Numbered from the stretch's first letter, positions 19,157-31,530 are shown. The stretch: 64,000 nt of DNA from Dehalococcoidia bacterium (GCA_041653995.1 JBAZEK010000001.1:1030613-1094612); one strand, 5' to 3'. Translations and numbers: made by a program. The notes: generated by a model from the sequence alone, not told the origin.

Positions 19157-19750
19157 TCACTTCATTTGTTCGCGGAGCTTTTCGACCCCCCTGTGCAGCA
19201 GCGACTTGATTGTTCCCTCTTTCTTGCCCAGTATCTTCACCATCTCGCGTATCTTCTTTTTTTCGAAGAACTTCAGGGCTATGACCTCCTGATAAATAAA
19301 GGGCAGCTCGGAGATCTTTTTGTGCAGTGTAATGAATTCCTCGTGCCGGCTCAGCTCCTCCTCCGCCTCGCTTATCTCGTCGCTGTAATCACCGGTGTCC
19401 GCCAGGTCGGCGATGGATTCGATGCTGGATATCCTCCTTCCCCCCTCCCTGCGGTAATGGTCATTAACCTCATTGCTGGCGATACGGTAAAGCCAGGCCG
19501 CGAAGGGCACGTCCCGCCAGCGATACTTTTTAATCTGCGCAAAGGCTTTGAGAAAGGTTATCGATGTTATGTCAAGTGCTAACTGAACACTGGCAGTTCG
19601 TTTCAAAGCATAGTTGAAGATGCGCCGGTAGTAGATTTCGTACAGTTCTCCGAAGGCTTCCGGGCTGTGCTGGGCGCGCTTCACCAGCTCCTTTTCCGCT
19701 TGCAACTGGTCCGGCGAAAGCGAAGTATCAGACGTCATATGATCAGGCAT
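19157..19750 (-). CDS. ECF-type sigma-70 family RNA polymerase sigma factor
   Basis: 197 aa with region 2 (YYRRIFNYALKR...) and region 4 (EVIALKFFEKKKIREMVKILGKKEGTIKSLLHRG) motifs. Confidence 0.85.
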   Translation of the reverse strand: MPDHMTSDTSLSPDQLQAEKELVKRAQHSPEAFGELYEIYYRRIFNYALKRTASVQLALDITSITFLKAFAQIKKYRWRDVPFAAWLYRIASNEVNDHYRREGGRRISSIESIADLADTGDYSDEISEAEEELSRHEEFITLHKKISELPFIYQEVIALKFFEKKKIREMVKILGKKEGTIKSLLHRGVEKLREQMK

Positions 19751-19881
19751 GTAACACAGTTTAACTCATAACGTAATGGATGCAAAAAGGTTGCATGCGT
19801 AAAACAGGCTGCAACGATATTGGTAATTGTGGCAGGCAACATGCACGGCCTGTATGCGAACTGACGGGCAGCGCGATCCGG

Positions 19882-20559
19882 CTACTGGTTCTTGAAACCC
19901 CAGCGCCAGATGACTGCCGCCAGGATGCCGCCTATGAGGGGCGCAACCCAGAAGAGCCAGAGCTGCGACAGTGCCTCTCCGCCAACTACCAGCGCGGGCC
20001 CAAAGCTGCGCGCCGGATTAACAGAGGTCCCTGTGATGGGTATCCCCACCAGGTGGATAAGCACCAGCGAGAGACCGATGGCCAGCCCGGCAAAGCCCGC
20101 CGGGGCATTTTTGCTGATGGATCCGAAGATAACGAAAAGGAAGAGGGCGGTCAGCACGATTTCAGCCACGAAACAGGATAACAGGTTGAACTGGCCGGGA
20201 GATAGAGCGCCGTATCCGTTCTGGCCCAGGCCGTTAACCGCCAGTGAGTATTCGGGCATACCGCTGGCTATCAGCCACAGCAGCAGGGCAGCCAGCACAC
20301 CGCCCACACACTGGAATATCACGTAAAAAATGGTGTCTTTCCAGCCCAGCCTTCCGGCAACCAGCATGGCCACGGATATGGCCGGATTAATATGGCAGCC
20401 TGATATGTTGCCGATGGCGTACACCATCGCCAGCACGGTCAGACCGAAGGCGAAGGAGATGCCCATGAAGCCGATATACTTGCCGGCGATAACGGCGCTG
20501 CCGCATCCTATCAGCACCAGCGCAAATGTGCCTATCAGTTCCGCCCAGTACTTTTTCAC
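19882..20559 (-). CDS. aquaporin / MIP-family channel
   Basis: Two NPA boxes are present (HINPAISVAM and SVNPARSFGPA). Confidence 0.9.
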   Translation of the reverse strand: MKKYWAELIGTFALVLIGCGSAVIAGKYIGFMGISFAFGLTVLAMVYAIGNISGCHINPAISVAMLVAGRLGWKDTIFYVIFQCVGGVLAALLLWLIASGMPEYSLAVNGLGQNGYGALSPGQFNLLSCFVAEIVLTALFLFVIFGSISKNAPAGFAGLAIGLSLVLIHLVGIPITGTSVNPARSFGPALVVGGEALSQLWLFWVAPLIGGILAAVIWRWGFKNQ

Positions 20560-20592
20560 TTCCCGTTTACCTCCTTTCCCGGATTATTCGAT

Positions 20593-21321
20593 CTACTTTT
20601 TCAGCGAATCAAGCGCATTCTGCCAGGCAAGCACGGTCGCATAGGCTGTATTCTTATTAAATGCGATATACAGGTCGACCTTGTGCACAAAGGCCACCGC
20701 TTCGATCTCAGCCGGATCCACGCCCGCCTGCTTGGCCACCAACGCCACATCGGCGCCCGTGCCCAGCCAGAGGTCTGCTTCTCCCGCCACCAGCTTCTTC
20801 AGGCCATCGGCGGTTGAATCGACATAAGCGAAATTGATGCATCCCTGCTGAGCCAGCTTCTGCTGGCCCGCTTCATCTTTAACAACGGCAATGCATTTAA
20901 CGGTCCTGGCCTCATCGATACTGCTAACTCTGACATTCGAGCCCTTCCTGGCATAGAGCCAGTTCTCGTAAGAGCCTATAGGACCCACCCACATGAAAAG
21001 GTTTTCCCTTTCCGACGTCCTGGCCATGGAATAAAGCGCGGTATCGGGTTCCGCAAGCACGACCTCGTAGGCCTGTGACCACGGCAACACCTCGATGGTG
21101 ATGTTCTCGCCCAGCTTGTTGATTACACCTTTGACCGCCTCGGTGGATGAACCGACCAGGTTGCCGCCGGCATCGGTGTAATTGAAAGGAGGATATTCCT
21201 CCGTCATAACGCGCAGTTTAGCGGGCTGCGCCGGCGTTGTGCATGCAGTGACAAGCAGTATTACTGCTATAAGAGCAAAACAAAGTCTCTTCATATCTCC
21301 TACCTCAGTGGTTTTTAACAA
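20593..21321 (-). CDS. lipoprotein, family-3 solute-binding protein (orphan ABC-type SBP)
   Basis: Signal peptide/lipobox (LLVTAC). Fold signature EEYPPFNYTDAGGNLVG... No permease or ATPase gene is adjacent. The start is uncertain (21294 or 21321). Confidence 0.55.
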   Translation of the reverse strand: MLKTTEVGDMKRLCFALIAVILLVTACTTPAQPAKLRVMTEEYPPFNYTDAGGNLVGSSTEAVKGVINKLGENITIEVLPWSQAYEVVLAEPDTALYSMARTSERENLFMWVGPIGSYENWLYARKGSNVRVSSIDEARTVKCIAVVKDEAGQQKLAQQGCINFAYVDSTADGLKKLVAGEADLWLGTGADVALVAKQAGVDPAEIEAVAFVHKVDLYIAFNKNTAYATVLAWQNALDSLKK

Positions 21322-21558
21322 GATTATACTCCAGATTCGGCAATGTCAATAGGTGAATGGTACTGGACCAAACACTGGGACAAGATGAAAATCGAGATCG
21401 AGGCGGCGCAGCAATACGAGAGCCGTGAATCGCCTGCTTAATCATTCAGACAGGTCAGTCCGCCTTTGTGTGAATCTGATGCAATTTGGTAGCCCTGCAC
21501 AACGGAGCTATAATGCAATTCAGACCCGAGTATAGTGTCGCTGGAGGTTCTGTCTAAT

Positions 21559-22032
21559 ATGAACTTCAAATTTATTCCGGCATTGCTCTTAATGATACTG
21601 GTTTTATCCGGCTGCGCTTCCGGCACAGCTGATTCCAACACCCCACCAACTCCCACCCCGTCAGATAACTCAACTTCAGCGCCTTCGGACAAGGCGCCGC
21701 GCATCAGCATCGAAGAGCTGTTGCAGAAGATGAACAGCGGATCGGATATCCTCATTGTCGATGCCAGGAGGGATGTGGAAGAACAATTCAAGATAGCGCA
21801 TATCAAGGGCGCCATTGCGGTTCCTCCCGATAAAATCACGGCGGGACAATGGACGCCGCCGCCTGATCTAAACAGAGAAATAGTCATCTACTGCTCCTGT
21901 CCCAACGATGGGACAAGCGCCAGCGCTGTGCTTGTACTGGTTAGTAAAGGTTACACCAACGTCAGGGCATTGAAGGGCGGCTGGAACGCCTGGCAGGCAG
22001 CCGGATACCCTGTGGAATCCGGTACCGATTAG
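21559..22032 (+). CDS. rhodanese-domain lipoprotein
   Basis: Signal peptide MNFKFIPALLLMILVLSGC. The rhodanese fold has an active-site Cys (IYCSCPNDG). The GGWNAWQAAGYP motif is present. Confidence 0.8.
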   Translation: MNFKFIPALLLMILVLSGCASGTADSNTPPTPTPSDNSTSAPSDKAPRISIEELLQKMNSGSDILIVDARRDVEEQFKIAHIKGAIAVPPDKITAGQWTPPPDLNREIVIYCSCPNDGTSASAVLVLVSKGYTNVRALKGGWNAWQAAGYPVESGTD

Positions 22033-22053
22033 GGAGTTTACTTCCGGCTCATT

Positions 22054-23361
22054 TTACTCAGGCGTAATCTCAGAGATATAGGAAACGCCGGCAACAGCAC
22101 GTTTGATGCGGGTTGTATCCAGAAGGTGACGCATATCCACAAACTCACCGGCGCGCGCGATCCTTCTGATTTCTCCGTCCAGATCCAGGGCATAATCCCA
22201 CTGCATATTTTCAAAGACCACACCGTGGTTATGCAGCAGCATCATCTTCTTATCGCCGACATTGGCCGGGTGCATATAGAACGCGTTCTCCAGTGCTGAT
22301 TTCGACAGGTGGGACAGGTCGGCCGTCAGGTCCAGCCCCAGTCCGAAGCTGATCATGGTCCGGCCGGGCAGCTTCGGCTCCAGATTAATGTCCATCCATT
22401 TCTCTATATTTTCAGGATCCGTAATCAGTCCTTTGTTGGCCGGGGCGTGTTTTTTGATGGGGGAGATTTTGACGCCGGAGCTGAAAAGCACGTCCAGGTC
22501 GGCTATCATGGCCACGCTCACCAGGCCACGATTAATCACCTGCCGCTCCCGGGCTATATCGAAAACGGCTTCGTACAGCTCGCTGAGGGTAATCGCTTTG
22601 CTGCCAGCGTCGTCACCTACCAGCATGATATCGTTAAATTCACCATGCAAAGCCAGATTGAGACCGGTGTGGATCATGACCTCGCCTGTATCTTTTTGAG
22701 GGATGAGAAAATCGGGTGTGTCGTTTCCGTCGGTGGGCAGCCAGACCATGGTGCCTCCGCTGGTCATCATTTCGCCCAGCAGCGGCAGGCAGTCTTCAAG
22801 GCTACCGCCCAACGCCCCCAGGCCGATGGAATACTCCGCCTCGGAGAAACGCCTCTGCCGTATATCGCCTGATTCCAGGGTGGCATTCATTACTTTGCTC
22901 AGATCGCCCACGGTCTTCAGAGTGGCGGGGCGATCGGTAACGTGGAAGACGTGAAAGCTGGTATCCTTTCTGTGGTAACAGGGAAGGCTTCCCCAGTCCT
23001 TTTCGGAGCGTCTCATATCCTTCAGCATGGAGCTGTGGTTGACGGCTTCGTCCACCGTAGAATAGGTGGGGAACATGCCTTCCATACCCGCCATCTTCAA
23101 GACCTGGGCCGGGTATTCCGTAATTCCACACAGGGAGAGATGCCCTTTTCTGCCGGCCAGTTTTTTATGTATGGAGAGAAGGAGCCTGATGCCCCCGCTG
23201 CTCAAATACAGCGCGCCGGACATATCGAGCACCAGATAGTGATCGTCCTCCGTTACAAGGAACTCAAGCTCTTTGCCCAGGCCGGCGGCCTCAAAGGCGC
23301 CCAGCCTGCCCTCCAGAGCCACCACCAGGATGCCGTTTCTGCGTTCCGATTTAATGCTCAC
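22054..23361 (-). CDS. STAS (anti-sigma-factor-antagonist-like) domain fused to ~330-aa uncharacterised domain
   Basis: The N-terminal ~110 aa (GILVVALEGRLGAFEAAGLGKEL...LDMSGALYLSSGGIRLL...) has an SpoIIAA-like STAS fold. The remainder was not recognised. Confidence 0.5.
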   Translation of the reverse strand: MSIKSERRNGILVVALEGRLGAFEAAGLGKELEFLVTEDDHYLVLDMSGALYLSSGGIRLLLSIHKKLAGRKGHLSLCGITEYPAQVLKMAGMEGMFPTYSTVDEAVNHSSMLKDMRRSEKDWGSLPCYHRKDTSFHVFHVTDRPATLKTVGDLSKVMNATLESGDIRQRRFSEAEYSIGLGALGGSLEDCLPLLGEMMTSGGTMVWLPTDGNDTPDFLIPQKDTGEVMIHTGLNLALHGEFNDIMLVGDDAGSKAITLSELYEAVFDIARERQVINRGLVSVAMIADLDVLFSSGVKISPIKKHAPANKGLITDPENIEKWMDINLEPKLPGRTMISFGLGLDLTADLSHLSKSALENAFYMHPANVGDKKMMLLHNHGVVFENMQWDYALDLDGEIRRIARAGEFVDMRHLLDTTRIKRAVAGVSYISEITPE

Positions 23362-23503
23362 AACGATTCAATTTAATTAATAAGCCGGAGTATGTCAACA
23401 GACAGCAGTCCGAATAAAGACGGTACACAACCGGTAATACACTTGACAGAATGTATAGTATGCTTTACAATTAGTATAATAAACTATATAGGAGACGTTG
23501 TAA

Positions 23504-23883
23504 TGCAAGTAAGCAGATTCCGAGTCTACAGGGCGATTATAGCCGCCGGGCTGGCCGTTGCCGTGGCGATTGCGATCGCCACCGATATCCCCTTAATCGC
23601 GCTGGTCGCGGTTGTCGTTGCTATCGCGCTTGCCATAGTTCTGGAACGCCGCAACAAAGAGATCGTGCGGGATGAGCGGATCCAGCAGATCGGCGGGAGG
23701 GCCGCCACTGCATCTTTCAACAGCGTGATTATACTGGCGGCTGTGGCCGCGCTGGGCGCTGCCCTTTTCCGCAATCAATTGCCTGAAAATATTGTATTCG
23801 TCGGCAACATCATGGGCTATTTCGTCTGCATCGCCATAATACTGCACCTGTGCTTTTACGCATATTTCAGCCGCAAGCTTTAG
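23504..23883 (+). CDS. small integral membrane protein (partner of XRE regulator)
   Basis: The start is chosen at MQVSRF after an AGGAGA RBS. Three or four hydrophobic helices. The HTH gene follows 10 nt downstream. Confidence 0.45.
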
Positions 23884-23892
23884 GGTGTAAAT

Positions 23893-24129
23893 ATGAAAAA
23901 CAGGTTAAAGGTATTCCGGGCCATGCACGACCTCACACAGGAGGCGCTGGCCGATCGATTGCGCGTGACCAGGCAGACGGTCATATCCATCGAAAACGGC
24001 AAATACGACCCTTCCCTGCCGCTTGCCTTCCGTATCGCCAATCTTTTTAACGTGAAAATCGAGGACGTCTTCTTCTACGAAGGTGGTCCGGGTGAGTTCC
24101 ACGGCTATCCACCCAGGTCTGAAAAATGA
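23893..24129 (+). CDS. XRE-family HTH transcriptional regulator (YozG-like)
   Basis: LTQEALADRLRVTRQTVISIENGKYDPSL motif. It is a paralog of the 3099-3302 gene. Confidence 0.8.
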   Translation: MKNRLKVFRAMHDLTQEALADRLRVTRQTVISIENGKYDPSLPLAFRIANLFNVKIEDVFFYEGGPGEFHGYPPRSEK

Positions 24130-24148
24130 AGCCGCCGCAAAGAAGCAG

Positions 24149-24538
24149 TCATGCCTTCCCAAAAGCGCCCTGGAGTATCAGTAGAGCCGAAATTGTAAAA
24201 ATAACCGGACAAAGTCTATATGGAATAAAATCGATTTGGGCGCCTGTAAACAGCGACAGCACTGCCATCGCTATCAGCATGACCGCTGCTGATACAAACA
24301 CAACTTTCCGTGATTTCAGATTACTGTAGTTGAGTGCTGCAACGAGAATTACCAACCCTCCCAGGAATAAGAGCGTCAGGCCTTCATTTATCCATTCCAT
24401 CAAAACTATTCTTGTATTGTCGACTGAAATGGCGCCGAATCCATCGACAACCGAATCAGTGGGAATCAAGTGAGCAATACCCCATAAGATACACAGTGCG
24501 CCACCGATTATAACCAATACTTTCCTGGCCATCTTCAC
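24149..24538 (-). CDS. small membrane protein
   Basis: 129 aa with four hydrophobic helices. Confidence 0.45.
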   Translation of the reverse strand: MKMARKVLVIIGGALCILWGIAHLIPTDSVVDGFGAISVDNTRIVLMEWINEGLTLLFLGGLVILVAALNYSNLKSRKVVFVSAAVMLIAMAVLSLFTGAQIDFIPYRLCPVIFTISALLILQGAFGKA

Positions 24539-24642
24539 ACTCCTTCAATTTGTTACCGCACCATCCAGTTCAGGCAGCTGCCCAATCAATTACAATAGTA
24601 TCCCATCCGACCTCCCATAGTCATCACGCCATTTTCATTTCA

Positions 24643-24666
24643 GTAATCTCACGACTGTTTCTTAAA
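24643..24666. repeat. 24-bp direct repeat flanking TA cassette (left copy)
   Basis: gtaatctcacgactgtttcttaaa. The right copy at 25312-25335 is 23/24 identical. The similarity extends ~30 bp. Confidence 0.6.
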
Positions 24667-24701
24667 TATGGTATGATAATATGTAATACCAGGAGGTCAT
24701 A

Positions 24702-24944
24702 ATGGGCAAGGAAAAGATAGCGATCACTATTGATGGGCAGCTTGTCAGCGAACTTGACGGGCTGGTGGGTAAAAACGTCTTTCAGAGCCGCAGCCAGGCT
24801 ATTCAGGAAGCTGTCCATGAAAAACTTATGCGAATCAGAAAGACCCGCCTGGCGGAAGAGTGCGCCAAACTTAATCCTTCATTTGAAAGAGCCCTCTCCG
24901 AGGACGGATTTGAAGGGGATATTAAACAGTGGCCGGAATACTGA
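24702..24944 (+). CDS. ribbon-helix-helix (CopG/MazE-like) antitoxin
   Basis: 80 aa. An AGGAGG RBS is present. The N-terminal beta-strand plus two helices suggest an RHH fold. It overlaps the toxin gene. Confidence 0.7.
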   Translation: MGKEKIAITIDGQLVSELDGLVGKNVFQSRSQAIQEAVHEKLMRIRKTRLAEECAKLNPSFERALSEDGFEGDIKQWPEY

Positions 24945-25264
24945 GGGGAGAGATCCGCTGGGCGGACTTAAGCCCAACTCGGGGACATGAACAAACGGGT
25001 TTGCGCCCCGTGCTCGTTGTCAGTCACGACGTTTTCAATGAACGCTCGGGCACCGCTATTGTAGTCGCAATCACGAGTCAGCTGCAGCAGGCTGGTTTTC
25101 CACTTGTCCTGGAGTTGAAAACGGGAGGCCTTCCCAAGCGTTCATGGGCAAAAATCAGCCAGATCAGGACCGTTTCAACTGAAAGGCTGGGCAATAAAGT
25201 CGGTAGATTATCCCACGAAGAGCTGGCAAAAATCATCGATGGTCTGAACGAAATCGTTGCATAA
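24929..25264 (+). CDS. MazF/PemK-family toxin
   Basis: GEIRWADLSPTRGHEQTGLRPVLVVS matches the MazF signature. Confidence 0.85.
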   Translation: MAGILRGEIRWADLSPTRGHEQTGLRPVLVVSHDVFNERSGTAIVVAITSQLQQAGFPLVLELKTGGLPKRSWAKISQIRTVSTERLGNKVGRLSHEELAKIIDGLNEIVA

Positions 25265-25311
25265 ATATACGCCGGGCAGCTTCGAGAAAAACATACTGCA
25301 TTATTATTTAG

Positions 25312-25335
25312 GTAATCTCACGACTGCTTCTTAAA
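25312..25335. repeat. 24-bp direct repeat flanking TA cassette (right copy)
   Basis: gtaatctcacgactgcttcttaaa. Confidence 0.6.
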
Positions 25336-25516
25336 CAGGCATGCAACCTGCATCACCAACCTGCCGGGTTGAATTCACCGGTCACTGGTGATAGTATTTC
25401 CAACATAATACGCATAAAGGAGGACTATTGATGCTTGCCATTTTAATAACTGCGGATATTACATCCCTTGAGGTTTCAGGCTAGATACCATATCATCGTT
25501 TAACCGATAGATTGCC

Positions 25517-25545
25517 GGTCGTTCCGCAGGGAACGGCTTTTTTGT
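25517..25545 (+). terminator. rho-independent terminator
   Basis: GC-rich hairpin ccggtCGTTCCgcagGGAACGgc followed by TTTTTTG. Confidence 0.6.
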
Positions 25546-25654
25546 TCTTCTCCTGATCAGGAAGTAAGGCTTAATTACGCACGGGGTGTGAGTCCGTGGA
25601 TTATTCGACATTGAATAATGTCCTGATTAACTTACTTTCGAAAAGGAGCAAGAA

Positions 25655-26764
25655 TTGAATATAGCTTCAAACCATTCACGAACACCCAACCTCCAGGATA
25701 TAGGGTGGAATTCGTTTTTTCAGAAGAGCTACCGGGCGTTGCAAATCCCGGACACCATGCCTGCCAGAGTCATCACCGAACTCAAGGATGCTTTTCAGGT
25801 TTACACTGAATGCGGGGAATTGACTGCCGCGGTTTCAGGCAGGATGAGACACTTCGCTGAAAGTGAAGAACGATATCCGGCCGTCGGCGACTGGGTTGTC
25901 ATCAAACGGCTGAATAACGAACGGAAAGCGGTAATCCATGCCGTACTGCCGAGAAAGAGCAAATTCTCCAGGAAAGTTGCCGGGGAACGTACCGAAGAGC
26001 AGATTGTCTCGGCTAACATAGACACCGTTTTCATTGTCAGCGCTATGGACGGCGGCAGGAACTTCAATCTCCGGCGGATTGAGCGATATCTCACACTTGC
26101 CTGGAGCAGCGGCGCCACCCCGGTAGTTGTCCTCAATAAAGTCGACCTGTGCACGGATATCGATACGCCCGTTCACGAAGTCGAGACTGTCGCTCCGGGC
26201 ATATCCATTCACCCGGTCAGCGCCCGTGAGAAAATCGGTCTGGATGCGCTCACAGCTTACCTGGGAAGAGGAAAAACGACTGCTTTTCTGGGCTCCTCGG
26301 GCGTGGGCAAATCCGCACTGATCAATGCGCTGCTCGGCGTGGAGAGACAGAAGACGGGAGAGGTCCGGGGAGACGACCGCATGGGCAGGCACACCACGAC
26401 CAGACGCGAACTGATCATCCTTCCCGGCGGCGGCATGGTGATTGATACGCCGGGTATGAGGGAAATCCAGATGTGGGCCGGAGAAGAGGACCTGCAGGCG
26501 GCATTTCAAGATATCGAGATGCTGGCCGGACAATGCCGCTTCAGCGATTGCAGTCACAACACGGAATCCGGCTGCGCCGTAAAAGCAGCAATCGCCAGGG
26601 GCGCTCTTGACCCATCCAGGCTGGAGAGCTTCAGGAAACTGCAGAGGGAAATAGATTACCTTGCATACAGGGAAGAGCATGGTACACGCCTGTACGAAAA
26701 GCTCAGATGGAAGAAAGTAGCTAAGCTGGTGAAAGAAATAAAGCATAATCCCAAGAATCGTTAA
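25655..26764 (+). CDS. rsgA: ribosome small subunit-dependent GTPase A
   Basis: Circularly permuted GTPase motifs (NIDTVFIV, VVLNKVDL, LGSSGVGKSALINALLG) and a C-terminal zinc finger (CRFSDCSHNTESGCAV). Confidence 0.9.
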   Translation: MNIASNHSRTPNLQDIGWNSFFQKSYRALQIPDTMPARVITELKDAFQVYTECGELTAAVSGRMRHFAESEERYPAVGDWVVIKRLNNERKAVIHAVLPRKSKFSRKVAGERTEEQIVSANIDTVFIVSAMDGGRNFNLRRIERYLTLAWSSGATPVVVLNKVDLCTDIDTPVHEVETVAPGISIHPVSAREKIGLDALTAYLGRGKTTAFLGSSGVGKSALINALLGVERQKTGEVRGDDRMGRHTTTRRELIILPGGGMVIDTPGMREIQMWAGEEDLQAAFQDIEMLAGQCRFSDCSHNTESGCAVKAAIARGALDPSRLESFRKLQREIDYLAYREEHGTRLYEKLRWKKVAKLVKEIKHNPKNR

Positions 26765-26886
26765 CCGGCTGCAGACGTTTGAACCAATAGTCTCCCTCGC
26801 ATCATTCTTGATCGCAGGGGGGCTATCAGTTTTGACCATTTGATTAATAATTGCTACAGTTATTGATATCAGGATGTATTACTAAT

Positions 26887-29545
<2,659 letters not shown>

Positions 29546-29561
29546 TACCATAAACGCTTTT

Positions 29562-29600
29562 CTGTGATTCAAAGGTAACAATGTTACCTTTGAATCACAG
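29562..29600. repeat. 39-bp perfect palindrome (19-bp arms) downstream of katG
   Basis: ctgtgattcaaaggtaaca-a-tgttacctttgaatcacag, starting 17 nt after the katG stop. No T-tract follows. Confidence 0.7.
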
Positions 29601-29661
29601 TAGCAATCCATTATGAACCCGCAGGCAGGGCAGAATGACTATGCTATGATAGATACTCACA

Positions 29662-30966
29662 ATGGTCTATTTCGAAATAATCATCATTATCTTTTTGACT
29701 ATGCTCAACGGCTTGCTCGCCATGTCCGAGCTTGCTATTGTCTCTTCACGTAAAAGCCGTCTTGAACAGATGATGAAAAACGGGGACAAGGGGGCGCGTT
29801 CAGCTCTCCGGCTCCTCGAGAATCCCAGCCGGTTCCTTTCAACCGTCCAGATAGGCATCACTCTTATCGGCCTGATCGCCGGTGCATTTAGTGGAGCAAC
29901 GATCGGACACCGCCTTGGGCTTTGGCTGGATTCCTTTCCAGTGATCTCACCATATGGTGACATACTGGGTATAGGTGTTACGGTTATAGCCATTACGTAT
30001 TTATCTGTGATAATAGGTGAACTCGTCCCAAAGCGGATTGCCTTTGCCCAACCTGAGAGGATTGCTGCTTCCATTGCCAGGCCAATGCAGGTGCTCTCGC
30101 TCATATTCACGCCTGCGGTCTGGTTGCTTCACGTATCAACCGAAGGAGTGTTGCGTGTATTCCACATGTCGGCAAACAGGGAAACAAGCATCACTGAAGA
30201 TGAGGTCAAATCACTCATCACCGAAGGGACAAGAGCGGGTGTCTTTGCTCCGCAAGAAAAGGAGATGATCGATGGTGTACTCAGGCTGGCAGACCGCCCG
30301 GTAAGAGCAATCATGACACCGCATTCCAAGATAATCTGGTTGGACTTACAATCAGATCGGGATACTATACTCAAGATACTGGAGACCAACCGCTTTTCCC
30401 GTGTTTTAGTCTGTGATGGAACTCTGGATAAGCCGATTGGCGTTGTGAATGCTAAAGACCTTCTGCCAAAAGCCATGACTTGCGCTGATATTAATCTGGC
30501 TGATTTGATTACACCTTTGCTTTATGTTCCTGAAAACACATCTATCCTTATACTTCTCAATCAATTCAAGAAAGAAAAGGTGCATGTGGCCGCCGTAATC
30601 GACGAATACGGCATGACTAAAGGGCTGGTCACGCTCACCGATGTAATCGAAGCAGTCGCTGGAGATTTGCCGGAACTTGGCGAAGATATGACTCCTGAGA
30701 TTACCCAAAGAGATGACGGATCGTGGCTGATCGACGGCATGCTGCCGACGGATGAATTGGAATCCATCACCGGCATCAGCGTGGGGAAAAGTATGAAGAT
30801 CCTTGCCGGATTCGTAATGGAACAGCTTGGACATATACCGGCAGCAGGTGAGAGCTTCATCTATGGGAGCTATCGGTTTGAAGTGGTGGACATGGACGGC
30901 AACCGTATCGACAAGGTACTCATCCAAAACATTCAAAACGCTGCTGAAGCTCAAAGCTCGGATTAG
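29662..30966 (+). CDS. CorC/HlyC (TlyC) family protein: DUF21 membrane domain + CBS pair + CorC_HlyC
   Basis: 434 aa. N-terminal TM region, an ...IMTPHSKIIWLDL... CBS region and a C-terminal transporter-associated domain. Confidence 0.9.
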   Translation: MVYFEIIIIIFLTMLNGLLAMSELAIVSSRKSRLEQMMKNGDKGARSALRLLENPSRFLSTVQIGITLIGLIAGAFSGATIGHRLGLWLDSFPVISPYGDILGIGVTVIAITYLSVIIGELVPKRIAFAQPERIAASIARPMQVLSLIFTPAVWLLHVSTEGVLRVFHMSANRETSITEDEVKSLITEGTRAGVFAPQEKEMIDGVLRLADRPVRAIMTPHSKIIWLDLQSDRDTILKILETNRFSRVLVCDGTLDKPIGVVNAKDLLPKAMTCADINLADLITPLLYVPENTSILILLNQFKKEKVHVAAVIDEYGMTKGLVTLTDVIEAVAGDLPELGEDMTPEITQRDDGSWLIDGMLPTDELESITGISVGKSMKILAGFVMEQLGHIPAAGESFIYGSYRFEVVDMDGNRIDKVLIQNIQNAAEAQSSD

Positions 30967-31038
30967 CAATCATTATCTTTGGCTTTGCCGCTCCCTTTGA
31001 CGCTCGCCCGCCCGGTTGCGGGCCGTTTTGATCTGGGT

Positions 31039-31275
31039 TTACATGATGTAGGGCGTGCGGCAGCATTTAAGTGCAACACGATGAGAACATATGGTGGGCG
31101 ATACTGGATTTGAACCAGTGACCCCCTGTGTGTAAGACAGGTAAAAACCTTTAATTGACTGGAGCTTATTGATAATCTCTAGGGAAGCCTTACGTTGTCC
31201 TGAAAGAATCATGCTCAAATAGCTTTTACTGATACCTAATTCTTTGGCTAATTGACTCTGTGTTAACTTTTTCAT
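31039..31275 (-). CDS. XRE-family HTH regulator (island-borne; C-terminus reads through attL into host flank)
   Basis: LTQSQLAKELGISKSYLSMILSGQRKAS HTH_3 motif. The last ~35 codons are encoded by the att repeat and flank. Confidence 0.55.
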   Translation of the reverse strand: MKKLTQSQLAKELGISKSYLSMILSGQRKASLEIINKLQSIKGFYLSYTQGVTGSNPVSPTICSHRVALKCCRTPYIM

Positions 31276-31530
31276 TTATTTCACCCGCCTTTTTATATCC
31301 TTTAAGCCTGCGTTTCCAATTATCGGTAAATATTGGTACGACTTCTTCTGTCTTCCTTTTGCACTAAAGTTCCCCTGTGGTTTTCTCACAAAATGACAGT
31401 CTACCTCATCAATAAGCCATCTCCGTCCAATGTAGAGTGCATTAATCCGTCCCTCTGACAAAAGCTTACGAACCCGTCTCTCAGATATACCAAGCCTTTC
31501 TGCTGCCTGTGGAACCGTAAGTAGTTTCAT
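31276..31530 (-). CDS. excisionase-like HTH DNA-binding protein
   Basis: LLTVPQAAERLGISERRVRKLLSEGRINALYIGRRWLI is an Xis/MerR-type HTH_17-like motif. Confidence 0.6.
   Translation of the reverse strand: MKLLTVPQAAERLGISERRVRKLLSEGRINALYIGRRWLIDEVDCHFVRKPQGNFSAKGRQKKSYQYLPIIGNAGLKDIKRRVK

Noticed and set aside
19780-20326. Plus-strand ORFs overlapping the aquaporin gene
   Set aside because: They are antisense to an MIP channel gene with both NPA boxes.
21438-21887. 149-aa minus-strand ORF
   Set aside because: It overlaps and is antisense to the rhodanese lipoprotein gene.
25835-26839. 334-aa minus-strand ORF
   Set aside because: It is antisense to rsgA, which has clear GTPase motifs.
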